Source of the DNA: Chrysomallon squamiferum
Lineage: Eukaryota > Animalia > Mollusca
Length of the DNA: 64,000 nucleotides
NCBI GenBank assembly: GCA_012295275.1
Contig: CM022670.1
Coordinates: 23,870,001 to 23,934,000 of the forward strand
Direction: 5' to 3'
The notes under the pieces are model-generated. The model was not told where the DNA came from. It did no database searches and saw nothing but the letters and a program-made list of their open reading frames with translations. The translations under genes were made by a program, and so were the position numbers. Below, in pieces: positions 50,101-64,000 of this stretch; position 1 is the first letter of the stretch; every line of letters starts with the position of its first letter.

Positions 50101-53100
50101 GTCAGCATCACATTTTTGAACAGAAAAACTCTTTGTATACGTAATTTTATTATTGGCTTGGATTGGTCACTAGATGCATATATAAATCATTTATGGCAGT
50201 TTTGAAAAATCTTGTTTTTGTTTGTTTCTTATTCAAATGCATACCTACTTCATTATCATCATCCTCTTGATAACCAGCATATCTGAATGTATGATATAAA
50301 CATGTGATAAAAAAATTTATATATTAAAATTACTTCTGCCTTACTGGAATGAGCATGCCACTGTATCATTCTGATAATATTTTGTTAAATGATCTGCTTT
50401 AAATATTGGTACTCATCTTTCTTTTATATGCTCAGATGAGTTTTTGAAGATATTTTTATTGCCAGAAAATTAAAAATAAATCATCTAGAACAGCTAAAAG
50501 GAGATATATGTACATTTTAAAAATGGAAAAACAGTGGTGCATTTCAGCTGGATACAAGCTCCAACATGGGTAACAGTGAAAAGAATGATTTTGTCACATA
50601 CATATTTTTTTTTAAAGTAATACAGTAATTTAATTGTTTGTGGAACTAACTTTTTATTAATGTATGGGATAATATTAATGTATTAAGAACATCTGTATTT
50701 AAAGGCCCCCGCCATTGATGTTGTGGCTGTTGGACTTGCAAATGGCAGAATCATCTTATACAATTTGCGTTTTGATGATGTACTTATGACATATAATCAA
50801 GAATGGGGAATGGTAACCTCAATTTCTTTCAGAACAGGTGAGTACAAAATAAGTCTGTTTGAAATACAAAATAACTGTTGTATGTGTTATTATCATTTAA
50901 CATTTTGGTACCATTATATTTCTTGTTTTATTGTTGGGTTGGGATTTTCTTTTGAGGGGGAGGGGTTGTTTAAATATTTTGACAATTAAACATGTTTCAC
51001 TAATTTTTAAATATTGATGGTTAATTTAAAAATAAAAGTTATATTTATTTCTAAAAGTAAATGGTTATAGTTACATTTTATTTTTTGAATGATTATTTGC
51101 CTTCATACTGAAATTTAAAAAACGGGCATAATTAAATACAATTTATTCAATGTTCTTAAAACATTTACATTAAATTCATGGATCTGTACAACACTAAATT
51201 TGTTTGTTTGTTTAATTTCTAGATGGTCATCCAATCATGGCTACAGGCAGTGCAGCCGGACACATAGCTCTTTGGAATCTAGAAGAAAAGAAACTGCTCT
51301 GTCAGATGAGAGACTCACATTCCAGTGGTGTCACTGGTATGAAGTGTCTTGCCTCAGAACCTCTGATGGTCACTTCATCAGCAGATAATTCTTTGAAGGT
51401 TTGCATTACAGAGTCTTTAGGAAGAAAAAGTTTATGTGTCACTGGAAACTGAATTACTTTAACTAAGAACCAAAAAGAAAGAATTTTTTTATATATATAT
51501 AACTATTATTAAACCTTAAAGAACTTTAAAAATACATAATATTTTCTATTTTTTTTATTTAAAGAATCATTAGCACTATACTTTTTAGGACACATTTCTA
51601 ATGCAGACATAGTAAAAGAAATAATCACATAAATAACTAAAAATGCAAAGCATGCACAGTCAAGAATGCATATTGTTTTGTTTTGAATAAGAACCAGCAG
51701 TATTACTGCCATATGGCAAGATGATGGAACTACAAAATGGCAGACATTTGTTTACAATTTTTTGTTGTAAATATTTTACTGTATATATTGGGTTGGCAAC
51801 TAAGTTCCTGCCATTTTTTAAATTTAATAGATTTAAACAAAACAGCGGGAACTTAGTTGCCAACCCAAATACATATTTTGATGTTTTAAATATTTTTGTA
51901 TTGCATTTTAGAGTGGGTTTGTTTTTCCTGCTTTTATCTTGTGTTCATTTTTATGTAATTTATTTTAAATGTATTTTTAGGGAAAAGTGTTTCATGTCCA
52001 TTTATTGTGACATAGGTGACATCGTTAACATATGTAATGATGATTACTGAAATGAAATTTAGACTAGAAAAGTGGTGTAAATGTCAAATGATATAAAATG
52101 GGGTATTACTGTATATCTGCAATAGAAAATTACATTTAGAATAATTAAATATTTTCTGACAGCATGTTAAAAATTATTAAACCTTATCATTTGACTATTC
52201 TTTATAAATGCAGATTATTATGTCTCATTAATCTAGAATGCTAACTGATATTATTTATGAAAGAAAGTAAAATGATTTTCATGTCTTTGTTTCAAAAGCA
52301 TTTTAGAAATGCGTTCCAACAAAAATTAGATTTATATGTAACATTTTAAAAACATGCATAGTGTTGTAGCATTTTTATTTAGTAAGTAATTTCATTTTTG
52401 AAATGTAGGTTTGGATATTTGATCTTCCTGATGGTGGAGGCAGATTACTGTGTCAAAGAGCAGGTCACAGTGAACCACCAAACATGGTTCGACATTATGG
52501 AACAAATGGACATAACATTCTCAGTGCTGGTATAAATCAGAAAAAATTTCTTTTCTCTGTTAATATGAATTACTTATATAAAATATATTCTGAGTTTATA
52601 TTTTATATATTTATTTTATGTTTCCAATCAGATGGTTTACTCATTAAAAGAATAATTTTACTGTTTTCCATTTTTGCTGATTTATTATTTACTTTACTAA
52701 TATTGGTTTAAACACTGCACTTTCATTAATTCCTATTATTCAAGTGAATTAGTGAATGAATATTTAACAACACTTCACCTTGAAAGTAATAATACTGTTG
52801 GGTATGAAGACTATAATACTGTAACTTGTGCTGCACTTGATAAAAACATCAACTTATCAAAATTTTATTATCCATAGCAGTTTATTGATTGATCATTAAA
52901 ATTCTAATAAGTAAGGAAATCTAATGAAAATGAATGTATATGTAATTACTTTTACTAATTATATACAGGCCAAGATAGTACACTAAGATCTTTCTCAACA
53001 ATACATGAAAAACATGACAAAAGTCTGGGTCGGGCTTCATACTTCAAGAAAGCTAGCAAAAAGGCTGGATTGAAGAGGGATCACCACAAAATGCCACCAG

Positions 53101-56100
53101 TGACCTGTTTTGCTTCAGGTATTTATCAACAGACAAAATTAATGAATGAAAATTTCTGTACATTTACTTTCACACAGGGTCTGTATTAGTCCATGTATTG
53201 ACACCAAAATAGTATTAGGAACATTATTGAAATAAACAGATCATAATTTCAAAGCAGTACTGAAATAAATTATGGTTAACTATTTTAATAATGATTATAT
53301 CAGTTTTGTAGAAAGAATACTCTTTTTATTTCATATTATAGCTACTGTTTCAGATCTTTAAATTTATTTTCCAGTGTGTTTATGAATGTGCAAAAAAATA
53401 TGTTTGAAATACATATTTTCTTAATATATTTAAATTTACAGAATATGTGTGTAGTTGGTTGATCAGACATTTAAAAATTTTATATATTAGCTGTTCCATA
53501 ACAGCCAGTTGTTACAATTACAGTGCTGTTTTTGGTGGGGTTTCAGTAGGCTTACTGATTTATTTTTTTATTTTTTTGTTTACTTCTTTATTTATTATTG
53601 TTATTGTTGTTGTCATTATTATTATTATTATTATTTTATTTTTATATTTATTTATTTTTTGTGTTTTGTTTTGTTTTGTCCTGTAAAAACTTTGTTATTT
53701 AAAAGTAATTTAGAAAAAAAAATTTATTCTATTCATTCCAGAACTTAACAGGCAGAGTGACTGGGACAACATTGTCTGTTGTCACCGAGGTCTCAGTGTG
53801 GTCACAACTTGGAGTTACCACAGAGGTACAATGGGTGAACACTTTCTGAAACATGAACGATTCAACAAGCGTTCTGCATTGAGCAACAGCACAGCTCAGG
53901 TAACATATGGAATAAAATAGACAATACTGAAATTCATGATAATAATAATAAACTTTATGATAAAAATACATGAATATATAAAATAAAACTCACATTACAG
54001 ATGATTATAGTAAACAAATCAATGTGCAAATAAATCAATAGAAATGATAATAATAAATAACTTTATATGTACTCAAAAACAAATCGCAGATGTATGCTGC
54101 ATTTGGGATAGAGTGTTCATACATGTCATGTTTTCACAAATTGAGTCACATGCCAGAAAAATACAAAAATGAGTTCCTAGTAACACTTGAAAGAGCAGCA
54201 TGTCTGCTTTCTTATGATACATCATAGCAGAAGATCCATCACTTCCAATGAGAGTTATAGGAGGTAGAAAGCTTAAAAGGCAGAAAACAGCTTTCAAAGT
54301 ATTCAGTTTACTCTGGGGTATTTACCGTAGTTACCATCAACAGATCTTGATCAAATTTGGCCAACTTAAAGATAACAACATTGTTCTGATATTCTGCTAA
54401 TATCATATGAATACAATATTTTTATTAGAAAAAAAGATACAAATTTAATTATTTTGTAATCAGTATTATCATTAAGAAAAATCAAGAACATGCACTACCA
54501 TTAGTCTTTGGTTTGCACGACACATCTGATTTACATGAGTCAGTTTTTGAAATAAAATTCTTGTCAGAAATAATTAATAATGAGGACAATTTCATTACTC
54601 TGATAGCTTAAAGATAAAGATAGTTATTTTGTAATACATATAATTGGTTATGTCATTACCATGTTCAATAGCAAAGGTTCAAGCCTGCACAACATACCTT
54701 AATTCAGATGGACTTAATCTGCAGGTTTCAAAAATAATTATATTTACATCTTTTTGACAATGGCATAGACATGAAATGCAAGTAAATATCAAGAATAACA
54801 TTAATTACTTTGCTAAGGACAGGAAAAATAAAAATGTCATACCTTAGTGCAGCTATATCTACTTAAGCAAGAATGAATATTTGTATGGCAAGAAGTCACT
54901 GTTTTAACTTGGAACATTAACAGTAAATATATAAACGAATATTGTTTTCTCTTCTTGGTACCTAGGGACATGATCAAAATAGTTTACATTGCTGAACATT
55001 ACAGGGGGGTGGGTTGTATTCTAAACAATTTAAGAGGTTGAAAAGCACAGATAATAACATTATGGATGCCCATAAATGGAAAAAATGGGTTTTCAGGCTT
55101 TCTGGAGATGCCTGGCTTGTCAGGGTTTGTCTCAAAATTACCTGATCAGAAAGAATGCAAACCAGCTGTTTTTTGCATGTTTTCAAGACCATTTAGCAAA
55201 TGAATTTTCACTCCTTTACAGAAACCACTTAATAACACAAAAAAAGATATTATTTAGATGCTATCAACATGGAAAATTAAAAAAACAAAAAACAAAACAG
55301 CATTTATTCAAAAGGTGTTTTGCCATCTTCTGGCTCAGTTTGAGAGAACACAACACTGGTGTCCCAGTATAAAAATATTAATTTATGCCTAATGAGTACA
55401 ATTATAGTTTTTCATCTTCTCACTACTTCAGTAAATTTGTTTCTGTTTTAAGGCAGTGGCTATCAGCACTTGTGGAAACTTTGTTATAATTGGCTACAGT
55501 TCTGGACATGTTGATAAATACAATCTTCAGTCAGGACTGTACCGAGGATCTTACGGTGATCCAACAGGTGAGTAATTTCATCTAATTTTATTTAATTCTA
55601 AAATTAATTTTCAAAATAGTTATTGCTAGTTTTAATGCAATTCATTTTAATTTAATTTATTTTATTTCAATTATTTTTTTTTATTATTATTATTTTTTAT
55701 TTTGCTTAGGCAATAATTATTTTTGCAACATTTGAAAATTATTTACTTTATAAATTAAATATGGTATTCCTAATTGATTTGATTAATTTCTTTACATAAC
55801 TGATCTATGTATAGAAATCATTAACAGGTTTACTTGATTTCTTGTATCAAAGAATGAATATTGGAAACTGTACTTAAAACATTTTTTAAAATATAATCTA
55901 TTTGTCAACATTTTCTTTTAGAGATAAATAAAAATAGTTACCAACCTAGAAACGATATAAACAAAATAAAACAATCTTTTTCAGCTTGCTTTAAAGTTGT
56001 TCTATTTTAGTTTTTTATTAATAATTAAAATGCATTAAGTAATGCCTAAGTCTTTTCCAGCTCATGACTGTGCTGTTCGTGGTGTTGCTATAGATGGTTT

Positions 56101-59100
56101 GAACCAAGTTGCTATCACAGCTGGAGGGAATGGAACTTTAAAATTCTGGAAATTCAAACAAAAGAATTTGTTGCAGTCATTGAAATTAAAAATGAACATA
56201 TCACAGATTTTACTTCACATAGAAAGGTAAATTGTACTTGTAAATAATTTATTTAATAGCGAAATATATGTTGTATATTTTGCAGGAAAAATTCTGTTTG
56301 AAATGGTAATATATTATGCATCATTCTGAAAGGTATATTAAATACACTGATCTTTTACTTGACAATGTATGTTATAATAAATAAATTTACAAACATTCGT
56401 ATATTTCACAGTAATGACAAAAATTATTTTGATTATCTTTCAATAAATTATATTTGTTTTATTGTATGTTGAACATTTTATCTTTCATTTAGATATTACT
56501 TATATATAAAAAGTATTTCTGAAATTCAGATTATTTGTCAAATACACTTTTTTCAGATACGTGTTTAATACAAGAACAATGATATATTTAATAGTTAAAA
56601 AGTTGTATTCAGTGCATTGTTTACATTGCATTTTTATTTTAAGCAAATTACTTACATTTCTCTAAGATATATTTGTGATCTCTAAAATTGTCAAGATAAT
56701 TCCAGGTGGTGTTACCATGATAACTTTATATGGAGGAATAAACCTGACAAATAATGTTTGTTTTCAGTGCCATGCTGGCAGTTTCATTAGACGATTTCAC
56801 AATCTCCATTGTGGATATCAACACAAGAAGAGTTGTCCGAAATTTCTTTGGTCACCAGAACCAAGTTACTGACATGGTATCTATTTGCTATTTTTTGTTT
56901 TTCTAATCGAAAAGGTTTTTGGATTGCTAAATTATTGGACACAATTTTACTTCCTCACTAAGGAATATTTAACAGGCAGTCCATGTTTTAACTACAGCCT
57001 TTTAGAAAGTATTTGGCTCTGAATATAAAAATGAACATTATTATGCATTTTGATTCTAAATTAAGAAAATAGGTTAGTTTCTGAATTTATTTGAAAATAA
57101 AATTTATTATAAGCTGTCATTAAAAAATAATAAAAATGAAATAAGTAATGTGTCAGAAAAGATTTTTTTTTTTTTTTTTTATGTTGGGTTTAAAACCCTT
57201 TAATTACTCTATTTTTTAAAAATGGGGTTTTATATTTATTTATATATTTAGCAGGCTGAATTTTTTAATAAGTTTTTTTTTGTGCTTATTTTAGACTTTC
57301 AGCTCAGATTCTAGATGGTTGATATCTGCAGCCATGGACTCATCTGTTAGAATTTGGGATCTTCCATCTGGAAAGTAAGAATCTTTTTACATTTTTGAAT
57401 CTGTCAAATGATCAGTATTGTATATATAACATAAAACCTTTTAGCTTAATCTATATCCATATGTTACATATGATTTTGACAAACCCAGACATTAAAAATA
57501 AATGTATGTTTATCAGTTAAAAGTACAGGACATTTATAATGAATTTTTATTCTTTTAATACTAATTTCATTTATTTATTTTTATTTTTCATTTTTTAATT
57601 TTTTAATTTTAGTCAGTTATTTTTATTACATCTTATAAACAATATATATTTTAATATATATTTAATGTATATTAAAGATAATTTTAAAAATAGCAGTTCT
57701 TAGTATTATTTTTAAGATTTGTTTGTTTTTGCAAAATAATCATTTACATTATTTATAACAAACTTACAATGTTTAGAGCTTATAAAAAAAATTATCATTT
57801 TTATATTATTAGTCATTTGTGATATATTTAAAAAAAAAAAATTAATTCTATGAACATAACTGGTTTTCAGTTTAATGAAATATTACTTGATTTCACTTTC
57901 AGATTAGTTGATTGTTTTCTGCTTGATAAAGCTGTGTCATCTCTGAGCATGTCTCCCACAGGAGACTTTCTGGTGACAGCACATGTGGATGACATTGGCT
58001 TGTATTTGTGGTCCAACAAAACACTATATTCCTTTGTCTCACTCAGTCCTTTGCCAGTCGGCTTTGAACCAAAGATTCTAGAACTGCCATCTACCGGTGT
58101 TAAACATGAAGGTTTGATCTACAGCAGTTTTACTTTATACCTTATTAAGAATTGTATTTAGATTTGTGTTAATTTTAATCATTTATTACTTGCTTTGATA
58201 TGTAATTGTAGATTTTTAAATTGTTAAACAGTTTTGATCAGATCAAGTAAAACCTCAAAAATTCACATTTTTAAATCAAATAAATTTAAGCTATAAGTGT
58301 AAGAAATGTGTATATTATTTGGCCACCAACTCCACATTAATATATTTGGTGAGTTCTAGTGTGGAATTATCAAATGGAGTACTTAATATGTTTAACAACA
58401 AAAGCCATGGTGATAATTATTTTCTTTATAATACCAAGAGAATTGTAACTTTTTTCCACAGAAGAAGTTGAAATTTCAGAAGAGACAGATGAGTATGAGA
58501 AAAGTCATTTCAAATCTCCAAATCAGATTTCAGAAGAACTTGTCACTTTGTCACTTCTACCCAACTCAAGATGGAAAAACCTTCTGAATTTGGATATCAT
58601 TAAGGTGGTTTAATATTTTTAAACTTATTGATTTGTATTGTTTTGTTTTGTTTTGTTTATTTTTATATTTATTAATTAATGTATTTTTTTTTTCTTAAAT
58701 ATTTTTTCATTTTGTAGAATAGTGTATTTTCTAATATTAATTGATCTTTAATTTTAAAAGAAAGAAACAAAAAAATGTTTCATGCAATTACCATTTTATA
58801 TATTTTACTTGAAATGATAACAGATTTGACTTTATTATTTTTTGTATTTAACATTTAATAACCACAATATTATATGGTTAAACTGACAAAGGAATGCAGA
58901 AAACAAACAGTAGCTAAAATTAATTGTTTATTGTTCATGTATTAACAATTAGCCTTTCAGTTAAAAAAAGTTTATGTTTGAGGAGAAAAGCTGTCATTTA
59001 TTTGTTATTATTTTCATTCATCTAGAGTCGTAACAAACCAAAGGAACCTCCAAAAGCTCCCAAAGCTGCACCATTCTTTCTTCCAACCATTGCAGGATTA

Positions 59101-60945
59101 CAGCCAAAATTTGCACCACCTGAAAATGATGACAAGAATGAGGTATAATAATATCAAAGAATATTCATACTAACATTTGTTATAGATTCATCATTTTTAA
59201 TCAGTCAGAATTAATGTTTAATACAAAAAAAAAAAAAAAAAATTATGCAAAAAACATTGTTGGTAAATGATCTAGTTTTAATATTAATATTATTACTTTT
59301 AGATTATTATATGAAATTTTTTATATATTATAAAAGAAACAACTGAGGATGAGAATAGATGGTTGTGTATAAACATGAATATATTTTAGATGAATATTTG
59401 TTTATGTTTTTTAAATATTTTTGTTAGTTCTTAATTTTGCAGATTTAAATTTCAAAGCAAAATTTGTTTTTCTGCAGGGACAGATGTCACATGTGATAAC
59501 AGAAAAACTACAACCTCTTTCTGAACTTGGGAATTTATTACAAGAATCTGGATCTTCGGGCAACTGTAAGCATTAATGAAATTATCAGGGAATTTAGTTA
59601 TGTATTTACTTTTCATATTTTTTATCATCTTTGTTTTGGGTTTTGTTTGATGTTTTTAACCCAACAGAATTATGTTCTTATACACTTGTTATGTTTATTT
59701 TATTTCATTATATGCTTTCATTTATTTATTATAATTTGGTTAGTATAATATTTTCAAAGGACTAAATATTATTTTGATAATGTACCGGGTATTTGTGGTA
59801 TGAATAGTTTTTTTAAATAATTATTTCTAATATAGAGGCCTTGTAATTTTTTTTTTTTTAACTTATCATCTTTGATTTGTTTTTCAGTTGAACCGGTTTT
59901 ATCAAGATTGAAGGAGATGGGCCCATCTGCAATAGATCTGGAGATCCGATCTTTATCACCTGAAGGTGGTGGCAGTATTGAACTGATGGTCAAATTCATG
60001 GAATTCATAGAATACATCATTTCAACAAATAATTACTTTGAACTGGCTCAGGCATACTTAGGACTCTTTTTAAAGGTAATTAAAAAAAGGAAAATTTTCA
60101 AATATAAATTTAACAATTTGAAATAAAATACATATGACATTTGTAAAGACATTAATAAATATAATGAAATTTTGTTTGTTTGAATAATAAATATTTTAAA
60201 ATTATTTCAAAGTATGGAAACTTTTTTATATTTGATTTTAATGTCAAAATTTATTTTGACTATTTTCTGTTTAAATGTGTTAGAACTAAGTTTAAACATT
60301 TTACATTTCCTTGTCTATAAAATTGATTTCTCATTAATAATTAGGAACGTTGTTTTTGGCTAAAATGAAATATAGATCATCTGACAAATAACTGTTTACT
60401 ACAAAAGAATAATGATACAGGTTTAAAGAATAAATAAACAGATTTCTGAAAAACATAACACCAGCAAAAAATGAATATGTCTTTCACACAGATTTTTATA
60501 AAGGTGTTTGGTTCTTATTAATTATCCAGTGATTTAAGAATAAATAATAATGCCTAGGATTCACTTTAAAGATAACTAATGCAGATAATATTTAAAATAC
60601 TTCTACTATTTATTAATAAATAATTAATTATTGTTGTTGTTTCCCACATAATTTAATGTATTTAATTGTCTACATACAAGTTCCAAAGAGGTAAAACAGT
60701 ATTTTTACTTCATTTTTTATACTTTGAAAAAAAAGGAGGTGAAAAGCTTGGAGTCTATTACATATTGATGATTTTTTTGTTGTTTTTTTGTTTAGTTGCA
60801 CACTGATGTTATTGCAAGTGAAGTCGAACTGATGGAGGTGGTTAAAAATCTTAAAGACTGTCATTCTGAATTGTGGAACAAACTCCAGTCCAGGTTCCTA
60901 CAATCACTTTGCATTTTGACATATCTCAGAAATGCAGCCATCTGA
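47121..60945 (+). CDS. WDR36: WD repeat-containing protein 36 (UTP21, SSU processome), 20 coding exons, 893 aa
   Basis: Exons: 47121-47264, 47748-47775, 48670-48770, 49149-49266, 49769-49956, 50705-50837, 51223-51398, 52409-52529, 52969-53118, 53742-53899, 55453-55567, 56061-56226, 56768-56876, 57295-57374, 57903-58111, 58462-58604, 59026-59142, 59478-59565, 59888-60075, 60796-60945 (2682 nt, phases consistent). Motifs: MHPTTYLNKILLGS, SADNSLKVWIFD, YNLQSGLYRG, and the Utp21 C-terminal RNKPKEPPKAPKAAPFFLPT and FELAQAYLGLFLK. Confidence 0.97.
48125..48423. mobile_element. 299-bp MITE of the GGGTCATTC-TIR family in WDR36 intron 2
   Basis: Termini GGGTCATTC...GAATGACCC, inverted arms of about 90 bp (CTTGGTATACTTGTTGACTGGGATCCCACAGCA) and a 4-bp flanking duplication TATT (48121-48124, 48424-48427). 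Confidence 0.9.
51788..51868. mobile_element. About 80-bp mariner-type MITE (MADE1-like architecture) in WDR36 intron 7
   Basis: TIR TTGGGTTGGCAACTAAGTTCC / GGAACTTAGTTGCCAACCCAA, with TA on the left and ATA on the right. The TIR resembles mariner termini. Confidence 0.85.
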
Positions 60946-61600
60946 CATTATTAAACTATTTTTAAAAAATCACGTTTTTAAGTATTTATTTATGTCTCCT
61001 CTATTTGTTTGCTTGCCAAACGAGGAATTAACTTACTCAGCAGGTAACATGTCATATTCTTCATTTAAATACAACTTACATCATAGTTGTGATTTTTGGT
61101 AAAATATGTTGAATATCAATAATCATGAGAACAACCGATTTCTTCAGTGTGTGCTTCAAAATAGAGTTGTGTTGGTGTTTTTTTGGGGGGTTCTCCTGTA
61201 TTGTTTTCAAAAACATTCTCCAAAAACAAATCGCAGATGAGTATTATCAGGAAAATTATTGATAATGTTTTCTTAGAATGAAACAGAGTGTTATAAAGCC
61301 TGAGTCTCTAGTCGCTGTCGCCGGTAGCAAACTTGAACACATTTGTGTATATTCTCGTTATCTCTAGTTATTGAGTTGAAGCACACTGGGTAGACCCTGT
61401 ACAATTTATTTCCGTTAAGATTTATACTCACATTTCACATGGAGTTACGTAGAATTTTGCAGGAAATCCACTGAGAAGATTTTCGGTTTCCTTGATGTTT
61501 GGTAAGCACTTTTTTATTATTTTTTTTCTTTTCCTTCTTTTTAATTGTTCAAGTGTAAATTAATCATTAAAAGGTTGAAGTTGCATGTCATATGACATTC

Positions 61601-63474
61601 TGAGTCTAAGTATGCTCTGGCAGTGAACAGCTGAGACGGACATTTGGACAGATAACGCTGGTTTTCCGCCAGATACGTCTCTATAATACATCGTTTTTTG
61701 GCTCCTACTGTTGGCAACGATTCTGGCTGGTATGCACATTTAACAATAATTTTGGCTCTAGTTCGGTCATTTTCGAGTTCGCTGCTATCGTACAAAGTAC
61801 CATGTTGACGTACGTACATATGCTACAAGAAGAAACCAAAGACCCCTATCATAAATCATATACTGGGAAATCGTCTGACATGTTTGAATAGACCTGAATC
61901 GTGACGTAACGGTCAGCTGTGTAACACGTGACAACTTTAAACCGCAATGTATCCTTTCAATAGATACATATAGTACGGGAGGTGGAGCGTAACAGACCGC
62001 TAGAGTACCAAACGTTAGTTGTGTGTAGTAGTTGAAAAACCCCACAATAATAATAATAAATGTTTGGGAGAGGTCGCTTTGGCGATTTCAACGCACAGAG
62101 ATTCAAAAAATTATTGACATGGTTATATCTCTTAAGATATCAATCACGCTAAAACTCCTCAAAGAAAATGTTAATTGTATACAATATATGTATATATTAG
62201 TTTCGACTTCAGCGTCAGCCAGTCTAGCAGTGGGAATCAAGTGTATTACTCTTTGTAGCCACTGGTTTAAAATATTATAGCAAAGACGATTATTTGATAA
62301 CAAGTATATGAAATACATAGAGACCGTTAGTAGTATATTAACAGTTTACTTTCAATGGCTACACTACATGGAAGAAATCCCAACTGATTTGTTGTTTACC
62401 CTCAATAAAAGGTTTCAAAACATTCTTGTTTTCATTATTATTATTATTATTGTTATTTGTGACAAATTTAAAATATTTTGCTTTGATCAAACTACCTTTC
62501 CTTTCTGGAGAAATAAATACTTTGCCGTTTCTATAATCATGAAGAGTAGCCCATATCTGGAGAAATAGTACAGGTAGCTAAGTTGTGTGCCCCAGTACAT
62601 GGAGGTTAAAGCTTAACAGAATAAGAAAACTGAATTTTACATATATTACATACACGCAAAGTATATATATATATATATATTTTTTTTTTTTTACTTGATA
62701 CATATATACATACATTTATCCTGTAATCAATATAAATATATAGCTTTTTGGGACAAGTATACTTATTTTGATAAATTACTTGTAATATACACATTGTTCA
62801 GAGTTACTTTAGTGCTTAATTGTTGGTTTAGACCGTAAAAGACCATTCTGAAATCGTTTTTCATTTACAAACTACTTTTGTTGCTGACAAATAACAATTG
62901 TCATCATTTTATCTCTCATCATCGATGGCAAAACGTAGCACACCTATTTTAAATATCTAGTGGGAAAAACGGCAAAAGCGTCTCTGCAGTTTAATATGGA
63001 ATAAATAATATCCAACTGATTGTTCCTTATTTCAAAACTGTAACAATATTTAAGAATACAGTTAACGATATCCTCCATCATGATCATATCAAGCATCTTT
63101 AGAATGTTGAGACGACCCCTCGTGCAAAAGCTGTCAAGTGCTCATCATCTGACCGTTACGTCACGATTCAGGTAGATCTAAACGTCCAAAGATTTCCGAG
63201 TAGATGATTTGTGATGCGGCGGTGCGTCTTCGGTTTTGTCGTGTATGTACGATTACATGGTACTCTTTAATGTACCAGCGAATTCGAAAATGACCGACCT
63301 AACGGAATGTAACGATATAATTATTGTTAAATAAATATACTGGCTGGAATCATTGCCACCCAAATGCAAAGATTACCCAGAGAAAACGATATAGATCTTT
63401 CTCTGCTGAAGAACCAGCAGTATCCGTCTAAATACCCGCCTGAGCTGTTCTCCGCCAGAGAGTACTCGGGCTTG
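61601..63474. mobile_element. 1.87-kb element with ~330-bp diverged terminal inverted arms and an 8-9 bp flanking duplication
   Basis: The arms 61601-~61940 and ~63125-63474 are reverse complements (e.g. ACCTGAATCGTGACGTAACGGTCAG; TCGGTCATTTTCGA; ATTTAACAATAATT). TGACATTC flanks both ends (61593-61600, 63475-63482). Confidence 0.7.
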
Positions 63475-64000
63475 TGACATTCTTTGATTTTATTTATTAA
63501 TTTATTATTATTGTTGTTGTTGTTGTTTAATGAAAAGTACATAAGCACAGTATCGATGACACTCCTTTTTCTGGAATTTTTTTTTTTTTATAATAAATTT
63601 GGAGGATTCGAGTTACTGATTATAAAATATTACAAAATCAAGATGAAATAAACTTTTAGTATAATTAAATAAAATTAAAAAATCAGAGATATTTATTTAT
63701 TTATTTATTTATTTTTATTTGGTGTGTTGTCGTCGTTGTCGTTGTTATTATTTCTTTGGAAACTAGCAGTAATTCTCATCTTCCATAGATGGTTGTAACC
63801 AAATAAATAAGTGATGAGTTTAACTTCCTCTCATTTGTTAAATTCCTTGTTAAAAAAATATGTTGCAGTTTAATACTAACATTCTGGTAGTAATTTTACC
63901 TAGAATGGAAAGACATGTATTTTCACATTTCTTTTAAATGAGTCACAACTCAGCTTAGATAATGTATGTTTTAAATAAGATTTAAAAAGATATTAATATT

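Noticed and set aside
53447-53748. Hydrophobic Phe/Ile/Tyr-rich ORFs (also at 23500, 32134, 46049 and 59527)
   Set aside because: They are translations of T-rich low-complexity intronic or intergenic DNA, not membrane proteins.
56877-57294. WDR36 donor GTATCT as a second U12 intron
   Set aside because: It lacks the GTATCCTT consensus and a CCTTAAC branch site, so it is an ordinary U2 intron.
61541-63548. ORFs of 60-92 aa within the long inverted-repeat element
   Set aside because: Frames are not conserved between the two arms and no domain is recognisable.

Overview
AT-rich, intron-rich animal genomic DNA; repeat motifs suggest a mollusc, possibly a gastropod (inference). It holds five spliced protein-coding genes. 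These are the last two coding exons of an unidentified gene (+, 328-984), a SMAP1/2-type ArfGAP (-, 4589-20790), ASNA1/GET3 (-, 24734-32020), RAE1 (+, 36239-45205) and WDR36/UTP21 (+, 47121-60945). The four complete genes were rebuilt exon by exon with consistent splice phases. Splicing features of note are a U12-type intron and a candidate poly-Gln cassette exon in SMAP, a GC-AG intron in RAE1 and a 28-nt exon in WDR36. Introns and spacers carry several DNA-transposon relics: an Academ-like transposase relic, a TAG-terminated TIR family, a GGGTCATTC-TIR family, a MULE-like element and a mariner MITE. There is also an isolated GC-rich 50-nt hairpin. No rRNA, tRNA or CRISPR is supported, and I found no convincing new biological system. 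The best leads are the transposon families, the hairpin and the alternative exons.
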